Below, one piece after another: positions 27,795-35,611 of a stretch of DNA of 42,201 nt. The stretch covers positions 777,258-819,458 of the forward strand of contig CP011214.1 of assembly GCA_001029755.1 (NCBI GenBank). The letters run 5' to 3'. The translations under genes were made by a program, and so were the position numbers. Below the pieces are notes generated by a model that was not told the origin of the DNA, did not search any database, and saw only the letters and a program-made list of their open reading frames with translations. Origin of the DNA: Candidatus Woesebacteria bacterium GW2011_GWF1_31_35 (GTDB lineage Bacteria; Patescibacteriota; Microgenomatia; UBA8517). The number at the start of each line of letters is the position of its first letter. Position 1 is the first letter of the stretch.

Positions 27795-28572
27795 TGTCGT
27801 TTTCTATTGAGTGATACCAATGTTTTACTTTAAACCCTTTCAATTTCAACAAGTCTAATAAAAGATTATGATTTTGTTCTGGAATAAGTTCATGAAATTC
27901 CATTGTTATTTTTTTAATATTTTTAAATACATCATCTGGACAATTATTTAAAATGTCATATTCTGCACCTTCACAATCAATTTTAAGTAAATCACACTTC
28001 TTAATATTATTTTTTATAAAAATATCTTTTAAAGCTATAATTTTAACGGATTCAAATTTTTTCTCTCCCCTGGTTTTATATACACTTCTTTGACCAGATA
28101 TACCCATATCATATAGTTTGATTTTTCCACTTTTACCACCAACGGCATTTTTAATTGGTATTATTGAATTTTCAAATCCGTTTAAATTAATGTTTTCTAC
28201 TAATTGGTTGTAAGTTTTTTGGGAAGGTTCAAAAGCAAATATTTTTGAAGTTTTATTTTTATTCGCAGCATAAATTGAAAATACTCCGATATTTGCACCT
28301 ATATCAATAATTGTAGAATGATTTTTCAATTTATAAATTTTGTAATCATTATTATTAAATATTTCATTTATTATTAAAGTGTCCATAATATGAATTACTT
28401 TAAAAATTATTCCGTTTTTTAATTTCATAAAATACCCCTTTCTGAAATCTAAAAAACCAAATGCAGATAATGGAATTAAAATCCAATTTTTAAATGTATG
28501 TATCATCCCGATAGAATTACTAAAGTATAAAAATTTCTTTATAATTTTTGGTTTTTTAATTGGCTTCTTCAT
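27769..28572 (-). CDS. FkbM-family SAM-dependent methyltransferase
   Basis: 267 aa. IIDIGANIGVFSIYAA, IFAFEPSQKTYNQLVENI, LLKIDCEGAEYDIL. Confidence 0.75.
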   Translation of the reverse strand: MKKPIKKPKIIKKFLYFSNSIGMIHTFKNWILIPLSAFGFLDFRKGYFMKLKNGIIFKVIHIMDTLIINEIFNNNDYKIYKLKNHSTIIDIGANIGVFSIYAANKNKTSKIFAFEPSQKTYNQLVENINLNGFENSIIPIKNAVGGKSGKIKLYDMGISGQRSVYKTRGEKKFESVKIIALKDIFIKNNIKKCDLLKIDCEGAEYDILNNCPDDVFKNIKKITMEFHELIPEQNHNLLLDLLKLKGFKVKHWYHSIENDIGYIYARK

Positions 28573-28588
28573 ACAGTATATGTTTTAT

Positions 28589-29641
28589 TCAAGGTAATCG
28601 ATTAACCAAATGTGTTTTAACTGTTTCTATTAAAAACACCCAGATTAATACAATTGACATTATAGCTCCTAAAAGCATTTTTGTACCCATATGTTTATCT
28701 GGTAAGAGATATATCACTAACCCAACAATCAACAAAAAAAGTAAAACTATTGGAACCAAATAGTTATTATTTATCAATTTTGATACAGGGTTATGTACAG
28801 ATTCTATAGCAAAACCTAAAAACGTTAGTGCTAAGAAACTAAAAAGTGTGACCGTAAACAACAGAATGAAAAGACTTGTCAGACCAAAATTCGTTTGAAA
28901 TGCAAGTAGAGACAAAATAAGAAATATTACCATCAGATATATGAAAAGTACTGGCTTCAATAAAATAATTGATTTTAGATGTCTCCAACCATCAGACCAT
29001 CTTGATAAATGGGGCTTATTTCCTCTTTTATCTTTCATAAATTTTATAGGTACTTCTTGATATTTACCTCTTTTTATTGCAGTTTTAAGAAGTAGTTCGC
29101 TTGCCCACTCCATTCCTGAATTTCTCATATTCAAATTGTTATAGAAAGATCTTTTGACCATTCTCATACCTGAATTACAATCTGTTGTTGGAAGGTTATA
29201 CAGTAATTTTATTAATAATGTAAGGATTGGTGTTCCAAAATATCTATTTAAAAATGGCATAGCTTTTTTTTGTATTGTTCCCTTAATTCTAGATCCTAGG
29301 ATTAAATCTGGATTGCCCCTAATTAAAGGTTTAAACTTATCAAGATTTGAAAAAGGATAACTTAAATCAGCGTCTGCAAAAACGACATAATCTCCCATAG
29401 AATTTTTAATTCCCCAATGAAGTGCTGCCCCATATCCCTTTACGGGAACTTGTATAATTTTAATACCTTTAATTTTTCTAATAATTTCTAAAGATCCATC
29501 AGTACTTCCATTATCTGCCACAACTATTTCATACTTGTTTTTAAAAAGTTTATCAGCATTAATTTTTGCATCAAAAATAGCTTTCTTGATTGTTATTTTT
29601 TCATTAAGACAGGGAATTAATATAGAAATAGTATATTTCAT
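28589..29641 (-). CDS. GT2 with C-terminal TM bundle: polyprenyl-phosphate sugar synthase-like (GtrB/DPM1/ArnC type)
   Basis: 350 aa. ISILIPCLNEKITI, VVADNGSTDGS, VVFADADLSYP. About 4 C-terminal hydrophobic helices. Confidence 0.7.
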   Translation of the reverse strand: MKYTISILIPCLNEKITIKKAIFDAKINADKLFKNKYEIVVADNGSTDGSLEIIRKIKGIKIIQVPVKGYGAALHWGIKNSMGDYVVFADADLSYPFSNLDKFKPLIRGNPDLILGSRIKGTIQKKAMPFLNRYFGTPILTLLIKLLYNLPTTDCNSGMRMVKRSFYNNLNMRNSGMEWASELLLKTAIKRGKYQEVPIKFMKDKRGNKPHLSRWSDGWRHLKSIILLKPVLFIYLMVIFLILSLLAFQTNFGLTSLFILLFTVTLFSFLALTFLGFAIESVHNPVSKLINNNYLVPIVLLFLLIVGLVIYLLPDKHMGTKMLLGAIMSIVLIWVFLIETVKTHLVNRLP

Positions 29642-29816
29642 TACAAATCGTATTATACACAGATATGAATTCGAATTAAAATATATTAAATAAATCTGTG
29701 CAATACCATATAATTAAACTGTTTGTATAAAATTTAATAAAATTCAAAAATACCAAAGAGTATTTTCGACATAAATCAAAAATGTTTATCTGATTCAAAC
29801 TTGCCAATCATCATCA
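29642..29816. promoter_or_regulatory. Largest intergenic region (175 nt); divergent promoter region with inverted repeats
   Basis: Lies between two divergent GT2 genes. TATAAT (minus sense) at 29652-29657. Inverted repeat CACAGAT (29658-29664) / ATCTGTG (29694-29700). Perfect 10-bp palindrome AATTCGAATT at 29668-29677. Confidence 0.35.
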
Positions 29817-31085
29817 ATGACGTATAATATCAACCAACTCAAATATATGACAACAGGAAACAGTAATTTAAAAAATTATTATCAACAAGATACCAAAAAT
29901 CTAATTAAATTTTTGGTTCCAAATAAGGCAAATGTATTTACAGCAAATCAAAAAAACTTAATTCCTTCCAAGAATGATGATTTTATAATTATCAATGAAT
30001 TAATAGGAGATATAGCAGATATTCAAAGTTTTTTTACACAAATAAGAAATAATTGTGATGAAAATGCAAGAATACTGGTTACCTATTACAACTTTCTATG
30101 GCAGCCGATTTTAGAACTTGCTACAATCCTTGGGTGGAGAAAAAACATTGGTCAGCAAAATTGGCTTGGTCATGATGATATTAAGAATTTACTCGAACTT
30201 TCCGGACTGGAAATAATCACCAGCCAAAAAAGACTTTTAATTCCGATTTATATTCCATTCGTTTCAAATTTTGTAAACCGATGGATTGCTCCTCTCCCAC
30301 TAATAAATAATTTCTGCCTAAAAACATGGACATTAGCTAGACCAAAGCAAGCAAACAATAAGAATTATGATGTATCAATTGTCATCCCCACCAGAAACGA
30401 AGAAGGTAATATTCCAACATTAATACAAAAAATTCCCTTTTTTGGAAAATCACAAGAGATAATATTTGTAGAGGGTCATTCGATAGACAATACATGGACG
30501 GAAATTGAAAAAATATCCAAAGAGAAATATACAAAAAAACTAACCATTAAAAAGTACCAACAAAAAGGTATAGGCAAAGCTGATGCTGTAAGATTTGGAT
30601 TTGATAAAGCAAAAGGTGACATCTTAATGATTCTTGACGCAGATTTAACTGTGGATCCAAAGGATTTACCAAAATTCTACAAAGCATTATCAATGGGACA
30701 AGCAGAATTTGTCAACGGATCGAGACTTGTGTATCCGATGGAAAAACACGCAATGAATACCTTAAACATTATTGGTAATAAAGCATTTAGTTGGCTGTTT
30801 ACTTGGATACTGGGACAACGATTTAAAGATACACTTTGCGGGACAAAAGTTTTATTCAAAAAAGATTATGAAAAAATCAAAAAGAATAGAGCTTTTTTTG
30901 GTGATTTTGATCCCTTTGGTGATTTTGATCTTATATTTGGGGCAGTTAAACAAAACTTGAAAGTAGCAGAAATTCCTATTCGTTACAAAGAGCGCGTGTA
31001 TGGTTCAACTAATATAAATAGGTTTAAACATGGATGGTTACTGTTGAAAATGTTCGTATACGCATACAAAAAGTTCAATTTCTAA
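29817..31085 (+). CDS. Two-domain protein: degenerate methyltransferase-like N-domain + GT2 (polyprenyl-phosphate sugar synthase-like) C-domain
   Basis: 422 aa. The N-domain (29817-30365) has DFIIINELIGDIADIQ..ARILVTYYN MTase-like post-I motifs but no GxGxG loop. The C-domain has VSIVIPTRNEEGNI, MILDADLTVDP and FVNGSRL. Confidence 0.65.
   Translation: MTYNINQLKYMTTGNSNLKNYYQQDTKNLIKFLVPNKANVFTANQKNLIPSKNDDFIIINELIGDIADIQSFFTQIRNNCDENARILVTYYNFLWQPILELATILGWRKNIGQQNWLGHDDIKNLLELSGLEIITSQKRLLIPIYIPFVSNFVNRWIAPLPLINNFCLKTWTLARPKQANNKNYDVSIVIPTRNEEGNIPTLIQKIPFFGKSQEIIFVEGHSIDNTWTEIEKISKEKYTKKLTIKKYQQKGIGKADAVRFGFDKAKGDILMILDADLTVDPKDLPKFYKALSMGQAEFVNGSRLVYPMEKHAMNTLNIIGNKAFSWLFTWILGQRFKDTLCGTKVLFKKDYEKIKKNRAFFGDFDPFGDFDLIFGAVKQNLKVAEIPIRYKERVYGSTNINRFKHGWLLLKMFVYAYKKFNF
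30897..30930 (+). repeat. In-frame tandem duplication, 18-nt period (16/16 identical core TTTGGTGATTTTGATC x2)
   Basis: Copies at 30897-30912 and 30915-30930 encode FGDFDP FGDFDL inside the GT2 domain of the 29817-31085 ORF. Confidence 0.9.
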
Positions 31086-31093
31086 CAGAATAA

Positions 31094-31822
31094 CTATTTA
31101 CTTGCAATCAAATTAGCATATGACATTCTACCTTGATTTTTACCATATATACGTTCTCTATAATCCTTTTCTAAAAATTTTATTTTCAAATTATATTTCT
31201 TCAAGAAATTGAGATAATCTTTATGAGATTCACCAGCTTCTTTTAAATCAAAACGAGAAAACTCACTTAATAGTATTATTTTCTTTAATCTTGAAAGTGT
31301 CTTTTTCATACCTCTGATTACGCTAAATTCAAAACCCTGTGTGTCAATTTTTATAAAATCAAATTTTATATCTTTAAATAAATTATCTATTGTTACACAC
31401 TTAATTAGTATTTTTTTTCTTCCTTCGTTATTATCATATGTTAAATGATCGACATTTAAATTATTAGATAAATACAAGGTCAACAATCCATCATGATCAC
31501 TAACTGCCAAGTTGTAAAGAACAATATTTTTTCTTCCATTGCACAAATCCTTAAGATGTAAAAAATTTTTCTTTTCTGGTTCAAAACAGTAAACCTTACC
31601 TTCATTACCAACCAAATTTGAGAAAATTAATGAATAAAATCCAATATTTGCTCCTATATCTAATACCGTCATTCCTGGTTTAACAGAACTTTTAATAAAT
31701 TTTATTTCTTCCTTTTCAAATATATTTTTATAAATAAAATATATAAATTTATAAAGACCAAAATTAATTTTATATATTTTATTGGCAATTTTAAAGGGAA
31801 GCATTAAGTTTAATATTTGCAT
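31094..31822 (-). CDS. FkbM-family SAM-dependent methyltransferase
   Basis: 242 aa. VLDIGANIGFYSLIFS, VYCFEPEKKNFLHL, FIKIDTQGFEFSVIRG. Confidence 0.75.
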   Translation of the reverse strand: MQILNLMLPFKIANKIYKINFGLYKFIYFIYKNIFEKEEIKFIKSSVKPGMTVLDIGANIGFYSLIFSNLVGNEGKVYCFEPEKKNFLHLKDLCNGRKNIVLYNLAVSDHDGLLTLYLSNNLNVDHLTYDNNEGRKKILIKCVTIDNLFKDIKFDFIKIDTQGFEFSVIRGMKKTLSRLKKIILLSEFSRFDLKEAGESHKDYLNFLKKYNLKIKFLEKDYRERIYGKNQGRMSYANLIASK

Positions 31823-33357
31823 TTTGATTCTATTAATCCTATATCATCTGTTCCAGAAACCAACTTGTATTTATTCTTATATTGTGGATATTTATCTATA
31901 AATATTTTAGCAGAACTTTCTAAAATATAAAGTTTGTCCCAACAACGATCAAACAATCCAACAGAGCTTCCTTCGGGGGTACTTATCTTCTCAAGATTTG
32001 TACTTAGTTCATATAAATTATTGTTTACTAGTTTGTTTCCAAAAACCCACCCACCTGTCCAATCTCTTATCCAAATAATTGCAAAATCTTTTGATCTACC
32101 CCATAACCAAACTGTTCCATTCTTCGATGGATTTGAATATACGTAGTTTTCAATTGCTTTTGCTTTATCTGATGATCTTACGGCACTAGAATAAAAAGAC
32201 TTTATATTTACAACAACAGGCATTATTAAAGTCAATACACCAATAATAGTGAGTAACTTATTTTTATCTCGCAAATTATACGACAAGAGATAAATTACAA
32301 TCAAGTAGTTGGTAAGTTGATAATAGCTTAAATAGTATTTTGAAAATATAAAAATTGTAATGGTTACGCCAAGAAGCATTATCAGTTGAGGAGAAATTTG
32401 TTTATCTTTTTTAAACGCCAAATTTAATAAAGTTAACAAAAACATAGCAAGCACAACAAATGACGGCACTTTTTCTCTACTTACCAACATTTTTACGGAT
32501 AAAGTATAGGCATCAATATTAAAAAAAGTCTTTTCGCCACTTCCCTGTACTCCAACAGTTGTGGCCAAGGTGTTTACCCATCTAAACATTCCTACATAAT
32601 TTTGTCTTATGGGCCAAGTAAAAACAATAAATGCAAATATTACAATTAGAACAGATAATAACGAATTTAAAACTTTTTGTTTTATATTCAAATTAGGTAA
32701 TGTAGCTGGAAGCATAAAGCTAATTACTACTAGTGGTAAATTAGTAAATTTATTAGCAAGAGATGCACCAGCTATCAAAGATAATAAAATAAATATAAAA
32801 GGAGAACGATTTTTTTGAAAAAACGAAAAGACAAAAAGCCAAACTGACACAAATAAAAACGATAAAGTTTCAGGTACTATTGTAATTCCAAAATGCGGAA
32901 AACTACTAAAGGTAAATAATGCAAGCCAAGCAAACGTAATTAATAATATTGATCTCGTGCTCTTATAAATCGAAATTAAAAATATACCCACAGAAATGGC
33001 CAGCAACAAAGACTGAAAATACCTGATGTAATGAAATACACCATATATATTTTGATACACCCAATCTATAAATGAAACTCTTATAACAAAATGGGTGAAT
33101 ATCCTAAGAGGAAGCAAGGCGTAAGAATGTAATATTATTGTTGGAGTTCCGGGATGTGTATTAAATCCAATAGTGTCTGAGACAATATATTGAAGTGAAT
33201 TTCCAAGATAAGGTACATCTGGGTCAATAGTAAAAAAAGTAGACAATGGACCCATTTTTAGAAGCATTACGGAAGTCAATAAAAATGTAAAAACTGAAAA
33301 AATTATAACTATAATTATTGGTTCGCGTTTCATATACACGTAATTATTTTTCAGCAT
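31810..33357 (-). CDS. GT-C-fold glycosyltransferase-like membrane protein
   Basis: 515 aa. TM1 then FFTIDPDVPYLGNS (DxD in loop 1); SLANKFTNLP motif; soluble C-terminal domain. An alternative ATG at 33333 removes the overlap with the upstream gene. Confidence 0.5.
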   Translation of the reverse strand: MLKNNYVYMKREPIIIVIIFSVFTFLLTSVMLLKMGPLSTFFTIDPDVPYLGNSLQYIVSDTIGFNTHPGTPTIILHSYALLPLRIFTHFVIRVSFIDWVYQNIYGVFHYIRYFQSLLLAISVGIFLISIYKSTRSILLITFAWLALFTFSSFPHFGITIVPETLSFLFVSVWLFVFSFFQKNRSPFIFILLSLIAGASLANKFTNLPLVVISFMLPATLPNLNIKQKVLNSLLSVLIVIFAFIVFTWPIRQNYVGMFRWVNTLATTVGVQGSGEKTFFNIDAYTLSVKMLVSREKVPSFVVLAMFLLTLLNLAFKKDKQISPQLIMLLGVTITIFIFSKYYLSYYQLTNYLIVIYLLSYNLRDKNKLLTIIGVLTLIMPVVVNIKSFYSSAVRSSDKAKAIENYVYSNPSKNGTVWLWGRSKDFAIIWIRDWTGGWVFGNKLVNNNLYELSTNLEKISTPEGSSVGLFDRCWDKLYILESSAKIFIDKYPQYKNKYKLVSGTDDIGLIESKCKY

Positions 33358-34057
33358 AAATTAGAAGTGATCCAGAAATTTCTTTTAGAAATGGTATTTT
33401 TTCAAGTACTGTGCCAGCAGTTTCTAAGAAACTAATCATAGATTGTGGAGCCCATGGCAGCAAAAAATCATAGTTTTTGACAGATACAAGACTAAAACCA
33501 GTATCATGCAATATTTTTTCTACATCTTTTTTCAAAAGTGCTTTCTCACCTGGAGAATATTCCATTACTTTTCTTAATGGTTTAATATTTGTAGTGATAT
33601 TAATGATCGGATTCAATAAATTTGGTTCAGTGAAAAACAATCTTCCTCCATCTTTTAAAACTCTGTAACACTCTTGAAGTGTTTTTTTGGTATTAACATG
33701 ATGTAATATCGATATACCACAGACAATGTCAAACGATTTATTCTTAAATGACATCTTTTCACAATTTTCTATCTTATATGTTAATCCTTCAAATTTAATT
33801 ATTTTTTTACTTCTTTCAATAACAGCTGGGGTAATATCTGTAGCAACAATTTGAGATTTGATTCCTTTCAATCTTTTTGTAAAAACTCCGTCACCGGAAC
33901 CTATCTCTAATACTTTATCCTTAGCGACCGGCTTACATATTTTTCTAAAGAGCACAGCTTTATTGTCATATCTTTTTTGTCCAGCTGGAGTTTTTTGTCC
34001 ACTCCAAATATACTCTAGCTCTGTAAAATGTTTTATTTCTTGCTGTATCCTACTCAT
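33344..34057 (-). CDS. Class I SAM-dependent methyltransferase
   Basis: 237 aa. VLEIGSGDGVFT (motif I), IVATDITP, FDIVCGISILHHV, LKDGGRLFFTEPN. Confidence 0.75.
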   Translation of the reverse strand: MSRIQQEIKHFTELEYIWSGQKTPAGQKRYDNKAVLFRKICKPVAKDKVLEIGSGDGVFTKRLKGIKSQIVATDITPAVIERSKKIIKFEGLTYKIENCEKMSFKNKSFDIVCGISILHHVNTKKTLQECYRVLKDGGRLFFTEPNLLNPIINITTNIKPLRKVMEYSPGEKALLKKDVEKILHDTGFSLVSVKNYDFLLPWAPQSMISFLETAGTVLEKIPFLKEISGSLLIYAEK

Positions 34058-34060
34058 ATT

Positions 34061-35074
34061 TTATATAACATCATCTAACTTATCAGAAAGTAATAAGGGT
34101 TTCCATTGTGAAAAAGTATTTTCCAGTTTAGAAGCATTACAAAAAATAACATTATCAATGAGAAGCGTCGCTCTCCAAAGTGAATTGTAAATAGTAGGCG
34201 ATAAATAATTTTCCAATTTGTATATGACAGGTCTAGTCTGTGTAAGTATTCTCCAAATAATTTTTGGTAAATATAATGGTTTATATTTTAATTTCATTTT
34301 GTTATATAAGAGAATTGATATTTGTTTTAATGTAAGAGACTCTGTGCTTACATTAAATATTTCCCATCTTCTTGGTTTAGGAGGCTTATCAAGCATTAGA
34401 AGTACTGATTTTGCTGCGTCATCAACATGAACAAAACTAGACAGTCCTGGCCAATTCAAACGCATGAGCGGTGAATTTTTTTCAATGAGTCCTTTAAGAT
34501 AGTCAAAAAAACTATTTTTCCTTGGATCTTTTCCATAAACAGTAGGATATCTAATAATACTTAATTTAAATCCATGTTTAAGACAAGATTTTTGAACTAA
34601 TGTTTCTGCTGTTAACTTACTAAACCCATAATTATTTGTTGGTACTGGCGTAGCGTTTTCATTAAAAGTATTTTTACAATTTAATCTTCCACTCATTATT
34701 GCAGTTGTACTTATATGAACAAAGTGTGTTTTTGGTCCCAGACCTTTTAAACATTCCAATAAATTTCTTGTTCCAATATCATTGCATCTGTAATCTGAAG
34801 AGTATGTATCGGTATTTCCTGCAAGATGTATTACGATACTTGGAGATTTAATAATTGGTTTTAAATTTGCCTTGGTAACAAGATCTACTTTAATTGTCTT
34901 AACCATTAAATTCGAAAGTATTTTTCTTCCACTAGTTTCTAATTCACTATTTTTTTTCCAAATTAAACAAAGAATAGATGATGGTTTGTATTTCCTTACA
35001 AGTAATTTAACGACTCTTCTTCCGATAAAACCTGTTGCACCAGTTACAATAATCATCAAAAAGCAGTATATCAT
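34061..35074 (-). CDS. NAD-dependent epimerase/dehydratase (extended SDR) acting on a nucleotide sugar
   Basis: 337 aa. VTGATGFIGRRVV (GxxGxxG) and YGFSKLTAE (YxxxK). The likely start is the ATG at 35056 (MIIVTG). Confidence 0.75.
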   Translation of the reverse strand: MIYCFLMIIVTGATGFIGRRVVKLLVRKYKPSSILCLIWKKNSELETSGRKILSNLMVKTIKVDLVTKANLKPIIKSPSIVIHLAGNTDTYSSDYRCNDIGTRNLLECLKGLGPKTHFVHISTTAIMSGRLNCKNTFNENATPVPTNNYGFSKLTAETLVQKSCLKHGFKLSIIRYPTVYGKDPRKNSFFDYLKGLIEKNSPLMRLNWPGLSSFVHVDDAAKSVLLMLDKPPKPRRWEIFNVSTESLTLKQISILLYNKMKLKYKPLYLPKIIWRILTQTRPVIYKLENYLSPTIYNSLWRATLLIDNVIFCNASKLENTFSQWKPLLLSDKLDDVI

Positions 35075-35126
35075 AGCCTACTTTTTTAAAACATGATACA
35101 ATTTTTGTTATAATTAAAATCATAAT
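35075..35126. promoter_or_regulatory. 52-nt divergent intergenic region (SDR block / small TM protein + GT-C block)
   Basis: TATAAT at 35109-35114 lies 13-18 nt upstream of the ATG at 35127. Confidence 0.25.
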
Positions 35127-35609
35127 ATGAAAATATTTATTAGACAAATAAAAATAATTGTATCTATTTTTTCATTTTTTTTTATAATTTTCCTAGTGTT
35201 ATCTTGGAGTTCGAATCCTAGTGCCCCCTTGCAATATAATTTAAAACGCATACAAGAAAAGGTCATTCTTAAATTAAGAATTACACCTCAAAGTAATTTA
35301 AAATATCAATTGAAATTATTAGATAAAAGACTAAATGAAATTATATTTATTATCGATATGAATGAACACTCATACATTTTAAAATCTTCATTAAGATATT
35401 CTACGACAGCTGGTCAAATTACTGAATATATACTCAAAAATAATATAGAAATAGATAATACCTCAATTTTATACATATTTAATAACCATCGTGAAATATT
35501 CCAAAACATAATTGATAATTATCCTAAGGGGCTAGACATGGAATGGAAATACATTCAAGATGATATAAATTATCTTGATATATACTCCAAAATGCTCATT
35601 AAAGATTAA
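35127..35609 (+). CDS. Small single-pass membrane protein, helical ectodomain (possibly DUF5667-like)
   Basis: 160 aa. N-terminal TM (IIVSIFSFFFIIFLVL), then PLQYNLKRIQEKVILKL...LKLLDKRLNEI. The stop lies 2 nt before the next gene's ATG. The family call is from memory and unverified. Confidence 0.3.
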   Translation: MKIFIRQIKIIVSIFSFFFIIFLVLSWSSNPSAPLQYNLKRIQEKVILKLRITPQSNLKYQLKLLDKRLNEIIFIIDMNEHSYILKSSLRYSTTAGQITEYILKNNIEIDNTSILYIFNNHREIFQNIIDNYPKGLDMEWKYIQDDINYLDIYSKMLIKD

Positions 35610-35611
35610 TT

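Noticed and set aside
29642-29816. A riboswitch or small RNA in the 175-nt spacer.
   Set aside because: The sequence is extremely AT-rich. It has only a weak 7-bp stem with a 29-nt loop and a 10-bp palindrome, and no recognisable conserved riboswitch core. It is better explained as divergent promoter or operator DNA.
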